Positions 31,663 to 44,100 of a DNA stretch of 64,000 nucleotides are shown here, one piece after another. The notes beneath the pieces were generated by a model. The model ran no database searches. It was not told where the DNA came from and was given only the letters and a program-made list of their open reading frames with translations. A program made the translations under genes and the position numbers. Each line of letters begins with the position of its first letter. Position 1 is the first letter of the stretch. Origin of the DNA: Aureliella sp. (GTDB taxonomy: Bacteria; Planctomycetota; Planctomycetia; Pirellulales; Pirellulaceae); NCBI GenBank assembly GCA_963691875.1, contig OY829846.1:1-64000 (forward strand), read 5' to 3'.

Positions 31663-32157
31663 TCAATTTCTCATCAGAGCTGCCAGCAAGGTTGCTAGAA
31701 TCACGATTGCAACCACAGTACGAAGCACATTCCAGCGGTTCCAACGCGATTCGAATTCTTCGCGGGCTTGACTTGCCGCATCCGCGTCGAGAGTCTTGAC
31801 GTCTAGTGCCTGAACTTGGTTGTTCAACGGTATGTTAATCATCATAGTAGGAATTTGAATCAGCAAGACGCTGGCTACCGCGGCAGAAACAAGAAGCACG
31901 CGGTCGAGTCCTGTTTCGTACTTGATTGCCATCACAGCGGCAATGATCAGACTGAGCGTTGAGCCGAGCCACATGGCCATGAACAACGGATTGCCATTCT
32001 GAATCACGCGATCAATCGCTTGGAAGCTCCCCAAAAACTCGCGGTCCTCCAAATGCTTCATGCCAGGCATGACCACTACAGCAAAGGCGAACAGGAATCC
32101 TGCCATGAGTGAACAAAGAAATGTTGCCGTCACAAGAACATAGGTAAAGATGTTCAC
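31663..32157 (-). CDS. DUF1772 / anthrone oxygenase family membrane protein
   Basis: LMAGFLFAF...VMPG, NIPLNN, RWNRWN.LRT. Confidence 0.9.
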   Translation of the reverse strand: MNIFTYVLVTATFLCSLMAGFLFAFAVVVMPGMKHLEDREFLGSFQAIDRVIQNGNPLFMAMWLGSTLSLIIAAVMAIKYETGLDRVLLVSAAVASVLLIQIPTMMINIPLNNQVQALDVKTLDADAASQAREEFESRWNRWNVLRTVVAIVILATLLAALMRN

Positions 32158-32252
32158 AAGATCATTCCAATTGCTGTGATAGAACCCAACGCTGTCATCG
32201 AGACTCTGCGGTAGAATTTACCGAAGTTGTCCGATCCAATGAAGGAGTCAGA

Positions 32253-32750
32253 TTGACATTCGATTTAGTCTTTGTCTCCGCCTGGCTAGCGGCTGCGTTG
32301 TTCTTCTGGGCAAGGCTGCACGGTTTGCGCGAGGCCCCGAAAAAGCGACTGGATCAGTCAGGTGCTGTACTGCTCTGGCTGCACATTCTCATCGCTTACG
32401 TACTAACGCACCAGGGGTCGCATTCCGCGGCGGTGGAGCACGTGGCGATTCGAACGGAAGAAACGGTTGGTATCCGTTCTGGAATCGGCATCTACGCCAA
32501 CTACCTCACCGCATTTCTCTGGTCCCTGTGCGCCTTCACTTGCATCCCGTCTCATAGCCAGATGATGCGGTGGATGATTGAAGGATTCCTGTGGATGATG
32601 TTCATCTCCGCCTCGGTGGTGTTTGCCGAACGCACATCCTCCATTGTCTTTGCGGTACTCAGCTTGGCTGTCGCTTGCAGTTATCTTGCCCGCTCCGGAC
32701 ATCCGTCGCAGAATTGGAATACACGAAGCGACCGAAGGAACAGGAATTGA
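32253..32750 (+). CDS. Hypothetical membrane protein
   Basis: About 5 hydrophobic segments, H...SH..A..H pattern, GIYANY, and AAGGAG upstream of the TTG start. Confidence 0.7.
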   Translation: MTFDLVFVSAWLAAALFFWARLHGLREAPKKRLDQSGAVLLWLHILIAYVLTHQGSHSAAVEHVAIRTEETVGIRSGIGIYANYLTAFLWSLCAFTCIPSHSQMMRWMIEGFLWMMFISASVVFAERTSSIVFAVLSLAVACSYLARSGHPSQNWNTRSDRRNRN

Positions 32751-33597
32751 AGGGGACGTGCCATTGACAAACTGCTTGGTGAAATTGGGTCGGAACAAGC
32801 ATTCAGCCCTGAGCTTTAAAAGTACTCGATGGTAGTAAGTGATGAACGAATGAGCGAGAAAGCCGCGAGCTGACTTCATCTCCGGCTCGACAAAAGAGTC
32901 CGCCCTCTCCCGCCTTCGCCATCGATGCGACCTGGTAAACCATGAAGGCCGATGCGATGGCGAAGCCGAAAGAGGCTTATCGATAGCAGCTTAGGGATAA
33001 ACTAGCAAAATCGAATATGTGCAACTTAGGGACACTAACCTCTATTCTTTGGGTGATTCCCAAGAGTGGGCTTGGCAAACGACACCAGCAGTGAAGTTGA
33101 AACGGAGAAGCAAGGTAGCTCCGAAAACATTAAGAAGCAGCGGTTTGAGCCGTACGAGGATTTCATTCCTTGCGACGTCAAAATGCTCACCGTCGCTGCT
33201 CTTCGTGCTCAGGACCGTGGGGCCAGCCATGAAGCTGCTAGCCTTGCTGGATTGGCTAGGTCCAAAGAGCCGATTTGTATCCGTTCTAAGAATGTTTGGC
33301 AGTGTTCTGCTTTTACTGCGTTGTGCAGTCTTACTTGCTGCACCTTGAGGATTGGGCGCTTTATTGGATCTTCCGCGGCGTCCTTATTGTGGCGATGCAC
33401 AGAAGTGTATTGTTTGGGGCCGGTGTTGTTTGGGTGCCGGCCGAGTGAGGATTCAACGGACCAGGTGGGCTAGCGCAAGTCTACGTCGCCAGGGTAATTC
33501 TGTTCGCACTGCTTTTTTAGCTCTGCAATTGGTTTTGCGTTGAAAACGATGCAGCAGGAGCTCGATTTACAGCTGTCTTTGAGACACAGTTAGCAAC

Positions 33598-34746
33598 TCA
33601 GCGACGGTCAAACCAACTTCGCGGAATGAGAGCCGCGTTAAGCTGAATACGGTCGCGATTCCAGGCGGGTTTGGCGTACATATAAGTTAGAATCGCGTTT
33701 CCTTCCTCGGTGAAGAAGCAATCGAGATTCGTGTATTCGGCCTGTGGGTCTGAAGCCACTTGCCCCACAATTCTCCAAGAGTTCCCGTTGTCAGAGGATC
33801 TTGCACAAGTCAACGGCGTGCGTTCTCCAAAGTGATGGTGCTTGGTGTTGTACTTGCTATTGTTGAAAAACAGCACGACATCATTGGTGTCGGGCAATCT
33901 TCTCAGGCAGGTCCCTGACTCACCGCCTTCCAATCCGCTGAAGACTGGCTCGCTCCATGTTTTTCCTTCATCGCTGGAGCGAGAAACATAAGGCCCGCCA
34001 AGCTGGGTGCGCAGAGTCATCAACAGACTCTCATCGGCAAGTTGCGCGACGGAGGCTTCCATCGCTCCTCGCTTGGGAAGGTCGATTTGAGTTGACTTGC
34101 TCCAGTTCTTTCCACGTTTATCCTTCAGCAGACACCACGCACTATTTTTTTGCCTCCATTGATTCCCCGTGCCTCCGTGGAAAGGAAGTAACAATCGCCC
34201 TGATTCAAGCTGGAGCAGGCTACTCGTTCCACCTTGCAGCAACTGACCGTTGGACTTACTCCAAAGAGATTCGGTAGGTGCAAATGTTTGACCTTCGTCA
34301 GTAGACCGAAACAAACACATGGTGCTGCTGTCTCCACTGTGATGCGCTCTCAGTGCGATCAACAACAGCTGGCCATCCTCCGTACGCAGAAGTGCTGGTG
34401 CTTGAACATTCATATCGCCTTCTGCAACGTCCACCAGCATGCGTGGCTTCGTCCAAGTCTTCCCCTGGTCCGCACTCACCTTGGACCAGATTCTGCAGAG
34501 ACCGTGGTCATGACCGCTGTCTTTACCGCCTTCGTACTTGTGGTACACGACCATCAGCCCCCCATCCGCCAAGCGAGCAATCGACGCGGTATCGCTGCGC
34601 GGTGTTTCCCTTGTTGCAGGTTCAATGACTACATGTCGAATCAGCTCTGGCTCATCACCAACTGAAGGCGCTCCATTCGATAAAGCGAACAGCAAGAAAA
34701 GAACAAGAGGAATCTGAGGAGAGCGCATTACTGCCAAAGCCATCAA
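33598..34746 (-). CDS. Sialidase-family (BNR repeat) protein, secreted
   Basis: Asp boxes [32 protein letters not shown], plus ERTPL. It overlaps the DUF1501 stop by 4 nt. Confidence 0.85.
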   Translation of the reverse strand: MMALAVMRSPQIPLVLFLLFALSNGAPSVGDEPELIRHVVIEPATRETPRSDTASIARLADGGLMVVYHKYEGGKDSGHDHGLCRIWSKVSADQGKTWTKPRMLVDVAEGDMNVQAPALLRTEDGQLLLIALRAHHSGDSSTMCLFRSTDEGQTFAPTESLWSKSNGQLLQGGTSSLLQLESGRLLLPFHGGTGNQWRQKNSAWCLLKDKRGKNWSKSTQIDLPKRGAMEASVAQLADESLLMTLRTQLGGPYVSRSSDEGKTWSEPVFSGLEGGESGTCLRRLPDTNDVVLFFNNSKYNTKHHHFGERTPLTCARSSDNGNSWRIVGQVASDPQAEYTNLDCFFTEEGNAILTYMYAKPAWNRDRIQLNAALIPRSWFDRR

Positions 34747-36080
34747 GCGAGAATTTCCCGAATAACCTTACCACCTTGCGGACCGGTCAAACGATGCCTG
34801 CGACCTTCGAAATGATAATCAAGCGAATCATGGTCAAGGCCCATCATGTGGAGAATCGTCGCGTGAAGATCACGGAAATGCATCTTCCCAGTAATCGCCC
34901 TCACCCCGGTGTCGTTAGTAGCTCCATGAGTGAAACCTCGCTTCACGCCACCACCGGCCATCCAGAACGTGAAGCCACGAGGATTATGTCCAGTCTCATC
35001 CTTGCCGCCAGGCACTAATCCTGGGCGTCCAAACTCGCCGCCCCACACAACCAAGGTGTCATCGAGCAGCCCTCGTTGCTCCAAGTCTTCTAGCAGCGCC
35101 GCAATCGGCTTGTCTGTTACCGAACAATTGGCCATCAAGTCACGCCTGTGAGATTTGTGCTGATCCCAGCTGCCATGATTCACTTCAATAAATCGAACAC
35201 CAGCCTCGGCAAATCTTCTTGCCAACAAGCATTGGCGACCGAAATCTGACTGCCGGCAAGTTCCAACCACATTATCAAAGCCGACGTTGTACCGATTTAG
35301 CGTGTACGCAGTCTCATTGCTGATATCGAGAATGTCCGGTGCAGTAGACTGCATGCGAAATCCAAGCTCTAGCGAATTGATCACGCCTTCCAATTGAAGA
35401 TCTTCTGACCGTTGCTCCAGGTGCCTTTGGTTCAATGCTTGAACGAAATCCAACTGCCGACGCTTAGCATGAAGCGAAAGATGCTCGCCTGAGACATTTG
35501 GAATCGTAGCCTTAGTCATATCCTCGCCGTTTACCCCGATTGCTGTTCCCGCGCAAACGGTTGGTAAGAACGCAGAGGTATAAAACTGCGGCTTCGATGT
35601 GTTCAAGCTGACGTAGCCGGGAAGATCTTCATTCTCTGTTCCCAAGCCGTAATTGACCCAAGCACCCAAAGTAGGTCGCTTTCGCAGGCGTTCGCCAGAA
35701 TGCAGCTGAAGCGAGGATTGCGCATGGTTGCCCGTATCACAGTACATTCCCTTTAAAAAACAGAGTTTGTCGATCTGGCGAGCAGTATGCGGCATCAGCT
35801 CAGATGCCCAGGCTCCCGACTCGCCATGTTTAGCAAACTTAAACGCCGAGCCTCCATGCGGCTTTTTTCCAACTTGTGGCTTGTAATCAAACGTGTCCAG
35901 GTGGGCTGGACCACCACTCATAAATAGAAAGATCACTCGTTTCGCAGACGCAGTTCGTGCTAAAGGCTTGGCCGCAGCAGCTTCTGCCGATAGAAGTCCC
36001 TGCAATGCAGTAAAACCGAATCCGCACGAGACAGCCTGCAACATTCTCCGCCGCGAAAAATTGAGTTCATTCATCGTCAA
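34743..36080 (-). CDS. DUF1501 family protein (Tat signal)
   Basis: [47 protein letters not shown]. Confidence 0.95.
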   Translation of the reverse strand: MTMNELNFSRRRMLQAVSCGFGFTALQGLLSAEAAAAKPLARTASAKRVIFLFMSGGPAHLDTFDYKPQVGKKPHGGSAFKFAKHGESGAWASELMPHTARQIDKLCFLKGMYCDTGNHAQSSLQLHSGERLRKRPTLGAWVNYGLGTENEDLPGYVSLNTSKPQFYTSAFLPTVCAGTAIGVNGEDMTKATIPNVSGEHLSLHAKRRQLDFVQALNQRHLEQRSEDLQLEGVINSLELGFRMQSTAPDILDISNETAYTLNRYNVGFDNVVGTCRQSDFGRQCLLARRFAEAGVRFIEVNHGSWDQHKSHRRDLMANCSVTDKPIAALLEDLEQRGLLDDTLVVWGGEFGRPGLVPGGKDETGHNPRGFTFWMAGGGVKRGFTHGATNDTGVRAITGKMHFRDLHATILHMMGLDHDSLDYHFEGRRHRLTGPQGGKVIREILA

Positions 36081-39000
36081 TCCACATAACGAAATTCACT
36101 AGCCAGAAACAGAGCTTGGCAAAGTGCAGTCCAACTTCGCAACTCAACTTGCATCATCCGCGCAGAGCTCTCCTCTAAGTCGGCCCGCAAACCACGTAGA
36201 AGAGCAGAGGCCGTTTCAAGCTCCCATTGCTCCGGCGTGCGTGTCAAAACTCGTTCGTACGCTTGGATGATCCGCTGACTTTCGTTTTGTCCCGGCTTCC
36301 CCACAAGTTGTGCAGCGAGTTCCTGTGACTGCTCGACCAAGAACTTGCTGTTCAAAAGGTAGAGTGACTGCGTCGGTTGCAAAGTCACATCACGACGGCC
36401 TTTTACTTCCAATGCATCCGGAAGATCGAAGGCGGCTAGATCTGGAGGAGGAGAGTTTCTCAGCATGCATAGATAAATACTGCGATGCTTGCTTGGCCTG
36501 TGAAGCGTATCGCCTACTTGATTCACTTGAACATCTAAGTGCTGCACGTCGGAGCCGGTACCGGGCTGAAGATTCAGTTGTCCCGAAGCCATGAGAATAC
36601 TGTCACGAATCGCTTCGGCATCGAGTCGCCGGCGACTGTGACGAGCTAGCCACTTGTTGTCCGGATCGAATCTTGCGGTTTGCGAATCACAAAGACTGTC
36701 TAAGCCGTAGGTTCGAGTGAGAACAATATCTCGAATCAGCTGCTTAATTGACCAACCATTTTCGATAAATCGCGTCGCTAAGTGATCAAGCAGCTGGGGA
36801 TGCGACGGGCGCGAACCATAAAATCCAAAGTCATCAGGAGTAGAAACGAGCGGTTGCCCCATGAGATGATGCCAAACGCGGTTGACCATGACCCTCGCTG
36901 TCAGCGGATGTTCTCGATCCACAAGCCATTGAACAAGCTCCATTCGGCCACTTGCCTTCGGATCTTTCACTGGACTATACGGGCGAAGAGACTCATTCAG
37001 ACGCTGCACCTTCAGGTTGCGAAATCGAATCTTGCCACTCTCGCCCTTTCCAGCAGCACTTTGTAAGGCAATCTTGCCCGCAGGCAAGTTCTTTCTCTCC
37101 AACGTATAATCAACAAGTAGCTCATCATTGATCCAGCCTTGAACTTTCTCGCCAGCGACTTTCAAACGCAGGCGATTCCACTGCTCCAGCTCGATCTCTT
37201 CCTCCGGCACCGCTTTTAGTTTCCATTCGCCATAGAACACGCCGAACGGCTCGCCTTCCGAAGCTTTGCCGAGATTGAAATGGGGGGCAGAACCAGGTTT
37301 CGCGTCAAATCGAAATGATATGCCGCTGTTGAATGTTCCTTTACCCTGTAACTGGAAATCGCATTGCAGGTCGAAATCCAGAAACTCTTCTCGAGAGGTT
37401 AGAAATCCACTCTCGGCTGCGTTTGCCGTGCCCGATATGGTTCCCTTGGTAATTGTCCATTTCGGCTTTCCAACTCGAGAGGCCTCACTCATGGAGCTGA
37501 GAAATGGACGCAGTTCTTTGTCCGCTGGGATGACGACTGGAGGCTTGGGCTCTGTCCAAGCAGATAGGAAACCGCGTGGTACGCTTTCACCCAACTTCTG
37601 AGACTCGCCATTGATGTTGATCTTGCAGTCGCCAGCAGTTGTAGCTTCGCGCACTCCCATCGCGAGATTGTTGGGCGATGGCACGATCGGTGCTGGCTGC
37701 ACAGGGCCGCTTCTCTCTGGCTGGCCCGAGGCGGAATGCAGCAACTTTGCTTCTTGGGGCGACAATGCTCGGTCAAAGAAAGCGAACTCGGTCATGTTGC
37801 CCTGGAGCGAAAACATGCCATCGGAGCGAGACCCCAAAGTGAACTCACGGACCTCTTCAGAAGCAGGTGGCAATTCGGCGTCGATATCAAGGTTTTCGAC
37901 TCCGTTCAATTGCAGCCGAACTCGATCTTTCTCACGAACTAGAACAACGTGATTCCATGTGCGCTCTGGAATGACAGCCGCACCAGTCACTGAAGGTACG
38001 TCCTTGACACCTGGAAAGACGAACAGATGACCGGGATCTGCACCTTGGTAGGTTCCGCTAAGCCCGAGGTGATCCCCCACGCCTTCCAACTTGGCTCGAT
38101 TGGCAAACGAAAAGAGATAGGCCGTCATGATGACAGAACTACTCTTCAAGTCATTGCGGAACCAGAAAGAGACGGAATAGGAGTCCGTCTGCTGACGTAC
38201 TTTGCCACGAATCCGCCCCTTGCCCATCGTAGCAAAGGTCGCGGGCGACATCTTCGCGCCATCTTCAGGCCGGAGATCTGCGTGCGGAGCATCGAGCTTC
38301 GAATAGATTGCTGGCTGCAGTGATCGGATAACCTCTGAGTAGCCATCGGGAAACGCCGGTAAGCCTGGTCCGATTTCGGGCAGAGAGGTATCACTTCGCT
38401 TCAGCACTTTGAGTTCATGCAACGGTGTAGGCGGCGCAGTGAGTTTTTCGTTTGCCGCCGCACCCCACATCGTCGTCGTGCTTGTGAAGATCCCAGCCAT
38501 CGCGTAGTAATCGCGAGTTGGAATCGGATCGTGCTTGTGATCATGGCAACGCGCGCAGCCAACACTCAGACCCATAATTCCTGAACTCACGACTCCGATT
38601 TGATCCGCAACAACATCCATGTTGAAGTTCACATTCATTGCGCTAGCAGGTTTGCTACCAAGAGCCAGAAAACCAGTTGCGATCTTGTTCCAGTCACTTT
38701 CAGTATCAGACTTGGCTGGCAACAAGTCGCCCGCAATCTGTTCGGCGATAAAGCGATCGTACGGCGTGTCACGGTTCAGCGCGCGAATAACGTAATCACG
38801 GTATCGCCAAGCGTGGGGAAAAGTCGCGTTACGCGCTAGTCCATCGTTGCCATTCGACTCACCGTAGCGCGCAACGTCGAGCCAGTGTCGCCCCCAGCGT
38901 TCCCCAAAATGCGGCGAGGCGAGTAGCTCGTCGACCAACGCCTCAATTGCTCGCCGATTCAACAAACCTACGGGTGCAGCATTTGCATATTGTTGCGCCC

Positions 39001-39658
39001 CAGTGATTCGCACACTCCATCGGTCAATCTGACTCTTACTCGGGGGAAGCCCAATTAAGTCGTAAAATAGTCGCCGAACCAAAGTTCGCGCCGGAGCATC
39101 CCGCGTTGGCTTGAGTTCTTTCTGAATAAGCCTTGAAAAGACAAACTGATCAATCGGATCTCGAGCCCAACCCATTCCGACGCTCGGTGCCCTGGGAAAG
39201 CGGATGGGTTGAAAGGCCCAATGCCTTTGAGGTGGCATGCTACCATCTCGCGGCGTTTCCAGCCCTAATTCTTCGTCGGCTCTTGGATTTGGCGCGCCAC
39301 TTTGAACCCATTTTTCAAAATCCCGCAGGACGGACGCCGGTACAGGCTGCTCTGGAGGCATTTCGGTGCCGTCCCAACGCAATGCCTGAATCAGCAGACT
39401 TGCATCAGGGTCTCTGTCGATCACAATCCGCCCAGACTCTCCACCTTGGCGTAGGCCACGTTTCGAGTCCAAGAGTAGCTTCCCGCCGGCTTCGTCCGAC
39501 TCCGATGAATGGCACTCGTAGCAGTACTTCACCAAGGCAGGACGAATTCGATTCTCAAAGAAGTCTCGCTCGGCGCCAGTCAGCGATTCGGTCTGCGCCC
39601 AAGCCGCACCGGCCAGCCAGATTGCAGAAGCGAGAACAAGAAACCGAATGGTTTGCAC
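36077..39658 (-). CDS. Planctomycete cytochrome C / DUF1549 / DUF1553 protein with inserted LamG and DUF1080 domains
   Basis: [39 protein letters not shown]. LamG-like segment (SVSFWF...WNHVVLVR) and DUF1080-like segment (DFDLQCDF...NSGI...WNRLRL...G.IALQ). Confidence 0.95.
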   Translation of the reverse strand: MQTIRFLVLASAIWLAGAAWAQTESLTGAERDFFENRIRPALVKYCYECHSSESDEAGGKLLLDSKRGLRQGGESGRIVIDRDPDASLLIQALRWDGTEMPPEQPVPASVLRDFEKWVQSGAPNPRADEELGLETPRDGSMPPQRHWAFQPIRFPRAPSVGMGWARDPIDQFVFSRLIQKELKPTRDAPARTLVRRLFYDLIGLPPSKSQIDRWSVRITGAQQYANAAPVGLLNRRAIEALVDELLASPHFGERWGRHWLDVARYGESNGNDGLARNATFPHAWRYRDYVIRALNRDTPYDRFIAEQIAGDLLPAKSDTESDWNKIATGFLALGSKPASAMNVNFNMDVVADQIGVVSSGIMGLSVGCARCHDHKHDPIPTRDYYAMAGIFTSTTTMWGAAANEKLTAPPTPLHELKVLKRSDTSLPEIGPGLPAFPDGYSEVIRSLQPAIYSKLDAPHADLRPEDGAKMSPATFATMGKGRIRGKVRQQTDSYSVSFWFRNDLKSSSVIMTAYLFSFANRAKLEGVGDHLGLSGTYQGADPGHLFVFPGVKDVPSVTGAAVIPERTWNHVVLVREKDRVRLQLNGVENLDIDAELPPASEEVREFTLGSRSDGMFSLQGNMTEFAFFDRALSPQEAKLLHSASGQPERSGPVQPAPIVPSPNNLAMGVREATTAGDCKININGESQKLGESVPRGFLSAWTEPKPPVVIPADKELRPFLSSMSEASRVGKPKWTITKGTISGTANAAESGFLTSREEFLDFDLQCDFQLQGKGTFNSGISFRFDAKPGSAPHFNLGKASEGEPFGVFYGEWKLKAVPEEEIELEQWNRLRLKVAGEKVQGWINDELLVDYTLERKNLPAGKIALQSAAGKGESGKIRFRNLKVQRLNESLRPYSPVKDPKASGRMELVQWLVDREHPLTARVMVNRVWHHLMGQPLVSTPDDFGFYGSRPSHPQLLDHLATRFIENGWSIKQLIRDIVLTRTYGLDSLCDSQTARFDPDNKWLARHSRRRLDAEAIRDSILMASGQLNLQPGTGSDVQHLDVQVNQVGDTLHRPSKHRSIYLCMLRNSPPPDLAAFDLPDALEVKGRRDVTLQPTQSLYLLNSKFLVEQSQELAAQLVGKPGQNESQRIIQAYERVLTRTPEQWELETASALLRGLRADLEESSARMMQVELRSWTALCQALFLASEFRYVD

Positions 39659-40302
39659 AGATACAACTTATTGATGCAGATTGTCTTCGGGATGTAATGC
39701 GTCAGGAAGGAGAAACGCAACAGGGGAAGAGCGGGCGATAAGCCGTCTACTGAGTGTAGCACACTTCGAACAACCAGGGTCAGACTAAGTTCTGAACGCC
39801 GAGGGTTGATTCGAGTTTCATGCTGGACGATCTTTGCAATCAGCCGAATTGGCGCAAGCTACGATTGTTAGCGAGAGAACCTTCGCTAGGCCGGTGCGGC
39901 TAAGTTCCGCTGGTTCGAAACGATTATTTGCCCTACTGAACTGCCCAAGCGACCTGAGCTCCCTAGGGTAAAGTGAGCCGAAAGCGCTAGCGTCGGGCCA
40001 AGTCAAGAAAACGCTGACGCGAGGCTAAAGTCGTCGAATCTCAACCTCTAAACTTAGCATCTCTGTTTTGATAGGGCACCAGTGCCGTCGCCCTAACTCA
40101 ATATCGTCTTCTTTCGCGATATCCGCGAAGAGCGAATCAATGTTCGAAATCTTTATGACTCTCTCACTGTTTGCATCGGGCTTCGCCAGCGTTTTCTACC
40201 GAATCACTGATGATGCGGTCACTTCGGTCATGGTACGAATGTGGCCTCTTGAGCTAAAATCAACGCGTGATTCGTCCATGGCTAGAACTAGGACCTTAAG
40301 GG

Positions 40303-42174
40303 ATGCGTTCTCTCATATTTGCTCTTTGGAGCTTCTTTCTGATTCTCAACGCCGAATCAACTCACGCTCAGCGGATGCCGCGCGAAAACGTCGTGGAGAC
40401 TCCGGCGATCAGCGAGGGGCTCTGTGTCAGCAACTTGTTCCAGTCCGGGATGGTGCTGCAGCGAGGCAAGCCGATTTCGATTTGGGGTTGGGGGAAACCA
40501 GGGGCGGAACTGTCGGTTGAGTTCGCCGAGTATTCCGTATCGGTCGAAGTCGCAGATGACAGAAGTTGGAAATTGAACTTGCCTGCCTGCGAAGCAACTG
40601 CCTTTCCTCAGGCTCTCAGCGTAACCAGTGGTGGCGACTCGCTTCAATTAACAGACATCCTCATCGGCGATGTTTGGGTGCTTGGCGGTCAGAGCAACAT
40701 GGAGTTTGAGCTAGCCAAGGTTGAAAACGGAAACCTTGAAATCGCCTCAGCAAACTATCCGCAGATGCGCTTACTCACAGTGCCTCAAGGCGTTGGCCCG
40801 GAGCCAAAACGGAGCTTTGAACGTTTGCATGAGTGGAGCGGTTGGCTTGGGCGTCACTTCCGCAAAGGAAACTGGGAGCATTGCACGCCGGAGTCGGCTC
40901 GTGAACTTTCCGCGATCGGCTTTGTATTTGCTCGACGAGTGCATCAAGCGAGTCAGGTGCCAATTGGTGTTATCGATATTTCTCGAGGCGGAACCACCGT
41001 CGAGGCGTGGACGCCGCTAGAAGCTCTCCGTAAGCTTGAAAGTCAACCGCTGCAAGCGAAGCTAGCAAGCATGGATGTTAAGGTTGCAGAGTGGGATTCG
41101 GAAAGGGATCTGGCAGATCGCATCAAGAAGCACGAACAGTGGTTAGAAAAGCAAGCAAAAGAGAACAAAGCAGTGCCAGAGGACCGCAAAGCAGCTCCAA
41201 CGGACCTTCGGCCGGGGCCGATCGCCGACCAGAATTACCCTGGCAACTGCTATGCCGGAATGCTTGCTCCGCTTGCCGGCCTTTCAGTAAAAGGAGCGAT
41301 TTTCCATCAAGGCTACAACAACGCCTTTGATTTCTCGCGGGGCGCTGAAATGTACCGGGACGTCTTTCCCGAGATGATTCGCTCGTGGCGCGCGGCGTTC
41401 AATGATCCTGAACTTGCTTTCGGAATTCTTTCACTTTGTACCGACGGATATCCTCAGACACGGGATGACTATTGCGAGAAGATGTTCAACGCTGGAATGG
41501 AGATCCGCGAGGCACAGTATCAGACTTTTCTGAGTCTGTACGATTCCGGCGACAAGAACGTCGGGTTTGCAAGCTCGTATGACTTGCGGCGCCGCTGGTA
41601 CCATCCTCAGCTAAAAGTACCTGCTGGCGAACGATTAGCACGTTGGGCGCTAGCTACTCAGTATGGCTTCAACCGCCAGTTGGAATGGAAGCCTCCTCAA
41701 ATCATCGAGATGGAAACGGCGGACAACGCACTGCACGTCGTCTTCGATGCCGATGTCGGGGATCCAGGTGATGGTAGTATGGAGGGCTTTGCGATCTGTG
41801 GCAAAGACCGGCGGTTTCATCCTGCCAATGTTGCTTACTTTGAAAAGGGGAAAGACGCGAGAGGGCGTCCACAACTCGACCGACGAACGTTAGTGTTAAC
41901 CAGTCCGATGGTGAACAGCCCGATACACTACCGCTTCGCTTGGGGACGCAATCCGCTGGCAAACCTTCAGAAGACCGGCAACAAGGACTTGCCCATCGCC
42001 ACTCAACGCAGCGACAACTGGAAGATGCAGGAGGTGCCACTTGGGGTCGTTGAGAATCCTAGCTCGGAGCTCTCACGTGCCGATCGCGGAAAGATTCTTC
42101 AAGCACTCCGCGCCCAGGATCAAGCCCGCCAAATCCGAAACGCTGAACTGATACTTGAGAGTGAAGGCAAATGA
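40303..42174 (+). CDS. Sialate O-acetylesterase (SASA) family protein
   Basis: GMVLQR, GDVWVLGGQSNM, HQGYNN, HP..K...GERLA. Confidence 0.92.
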   Translation: MRSLIFALWSFFLILNAESTHAQRMPRENVVETPAISEGLCVSNLFQSGMVLQRGKPISIWGWGKPGAELSVEFAEYSVSVEVADDRSWKLNLPACEATAFPQALSVTSGGDSLQLTDILIGDVWVLGGQSNMEFELAKVENGNLEIASANYPQMRLLTVPQGVGPEPKRSFERLHEWSGWLGRHFRKGNWEHCTPESARELSAIGFVFARRVHQASQVPIGVIDISRGGTTVEAWTPLEALRKLESQPLQAKLASMDVKVAEWDSERDLADRIKKHEQWLEKQAKENKAVPEDRKAAPTDLRPGPIADQNYPGNCYAGMLAPLAGLSVKGAIFHQGYNNAFDFSRGAEMYRDVFPEMIRSWRAAFNDPELAFGILSLCTDGYPQTRDDYCEKMFNAGMEIREAQYQTFLSLYDSGDKNVGFASSYDLRRRWYHPQLKVPAGERLARWALATQYGFNRQLEWKPPQIIEMETADNALHVVFDADVGDPGDGSMEGFAICGKDRRFHPANVAYFEKGKDARGRPQLDRRTLVLTSPMVNSPIHYRFAWGRNPLANLQKTGNKDLPIATQRSDNWKMQEVPLGVVENPSSELSRADRGKILQALRAQDQARQIRNAELILESEGK

Positions 42175-42212
42175 GGGGAGGGAAATCGTTGCTGGTGTAT
42201 TGGTCCAATGGG

Positions 42213-42240
42213 CCGTTAACGAGCGAAGCTCTGTTACGGC
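42213..42240 (+). repeat. 28-nt hairpin repeat, family 3, copy 1
   Basis: CCGTTAACGAGCGAAGCTCTGTTACGGC is 25/28 identical to the reverse complement of 61533-61560. Confidence 0.8.
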
Positions 42241-42458
42241 ATTAATAGTGGCGCCTGAGCGAAAACACTCCCACACTTCGTGAGCTCTGGGCTTTTGCCA
42301 TTCCGCTCAATTTGAACCGCCAATGCATATAGCGACCGAAGCTACTGACGAGGTCTGCTACATAGACGCCGTTATAGTTTGTTCATCGAAGTTCGAATAA
42401 GTGTCAATCAGTGTTCCCTTCTTCTTCAGCTGATTCCTCAACCACTGCCGTGGTGCCG

Positions 42459-43211
42459 TTAAGAGTTGGGGCGACGGAACCAGAAACACCCACAAGCGTA
42501 CTTTTGATTGAGCACCAAGTCTCGTGATGGATTCTCAACCAGCCCTTGCGAAAAATCATCTGGCAAGACCGAAAGCTGTTGAAGCTGCAGTTCGGGCAAT
42601 GCGGCTTCGATCATCTCAGGATCGTAGATCCGGTGAGCGTTGAACTGAATCTTGGGTTCGCCCACTGGCATCACGACCATCAGCGAACCTCCGGGGGCAA
42701 CGACGCGCTGTAGCTCAGCTAGTGCAGTTTGGTCGCCGAGTGGGTCAAGTGGATCGCCGTAGCGTCCGAGTCCGATGTGTTCAATCGTGTGCATGCAAGA
42801 AATCGACTCGACACTTTGATCTGAAAATTCCAGGTTGCATAGATCGGCCGCGCCGCACTTTAGATTGCTCAGCGTGATATCAGCCGGTCGATAGTCATAG
42901 AATTCGACGGGAACCCAAGCGGAAGCGAGGGTCGCAAAATAAGTGTACGAGCTTATATCGATGTGCTTGGTCGGGTTGATTTGAGCCAGAACCCGTGCTG
43001 CCCAAGCGGTATGGTAGACGTAGTGCGCGTCAAAAGGCAGAGTGCCGGTATCGTCATCCAAACGCGCCCAGCGGTCTTCCCAGGCTGCACGAAACTCTGG
43101 ACGAGCTTTCTCATTCAAGTCGCTAAATTCGCGAAACTGGCTGGCAAATCCCAATTTGCGTTTCGCTTTCCGCAGCATTTTCATCGCAGTTACCTTCCTT
43201 GTTGCTCGCAA
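42459..43211 (-). CDS. DUF268 domain / SAM-methyltransferase-like protein
   Basis: FDAHYVYHTAWAAR, H.DISS, SISCMH.IEHIGLGRYGDPLDP.GD, FNAHRIY. Confidence 0.88.
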   Translation of the reverse strand: MRATRKVTAMKMLRKAKRKLGFASQFREFSDLNEKARPEFRAAWEDRWARLDDDTGTLPFDAHYVYHTAWAARVLAQINPTKHIDISSYTYFATLASAWVPVEFYDYRPADITLSNLKCGAADLCNLEFSDQSVESISCMHTIEHIGLGRYGDPLDPLGDQTALAELQRVVAPGGSLMVVMPVGEPKIQFNAHRIYDPEMIEAALPELQLQQLSVLPDDFSQGLVENPSRDLVLNQKYACGCFWFRRPNS

Positions 43212-43553
43212 TGCGACAATTATGGCCTCAAATTGCCATTGGACTCAATACGGATCCCGATCCTCTTTCCTGGGCATAGTGGGAATCGCCAGAGGACCGT
43301 CGCACCTGCGCATTATCCAAGATCTTAGGAAGTCTCAGGTAAGGTTCCCAGTTGTCAGTTTCGCCTCACAAAACGCAAAAAACGTGACTTTCGCAGGGGA
43401 AGAAGGAGGCCGTTGAGCAATGTGCTCACATCCATTCTTGCCCAGTCATTCTGGATCCAGCCCTTAGTTGGATTCGACAGCAAGACAGACAGGAAGCTGA
43501 TATAGCTCCTGGCGTATTTGCACCACCGAGGTTTGCGACAGGCGAGCCGTCTT

Positions 43554-44100
43554 TTACGCCTCGTCTATTTTGTTTTTCGTTGCGTTGAGCCCACTCCGCG
43601 ATAACATCGGCACAGCCGCGTCGACAGAAACGATGTGTCCACGAGCTAGTGTCAAGGCATACTTGACCTGGTTCTCAGTAGGACCGTCGGCCGCCCTCGC
43701 AATTTCCTGGCTATCCCAGTCGAGGAAAATTTGCGTTGCAAGACACGAATGGATTTCGCTGTTTCCAGTAAACGAATCCAAGCAATTGGTAAAGCCAGAG
43801 AAGCGATCTAACGCAACGAGTGTTCCAGCAACAACCATCGCACCGGTAGCATATGCCGCTGAGGGGCCTTTCTCTTGTTGAGCAGAGATCAGCGGCAGAG
43901 CTGACGCCTCCAAGAACATTGGCGGTTATATGGAATAACTTTGCCAAGACCTGCTTTCCACTTTTCTGTCGTTTGTACCGGTCAACCGCATCTGCAGAAA
44001 ACTGCACACAGGCATTTCGCAAGGCGTCCAGCGACTCTGCCGATTTCTCGGAATCCCGCTTCAATCTGATAATGCGCCGCTATCTATGTCATTATTTGGT
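43554..44100 (-). pseudogene. SLATT-domain (two-TM effector) pseudogene
   Basis: Stitched frames give SL..L.....A..Y...K..K..LA......A..LGG / LP...Y......AG..VALDRFSGFT...F.LDW...P...Q / EW. Frameshifts fall near 44063, 43910 and 43610. Confidence 0.65.

Noticed and set aside
32925..32945. GTTTACCAGGTC match reminiscent of SRP (4.5S) RNA
   Set aside because: The conserved GGAA tetraloop and AGCAG helix-8 motif are missing.
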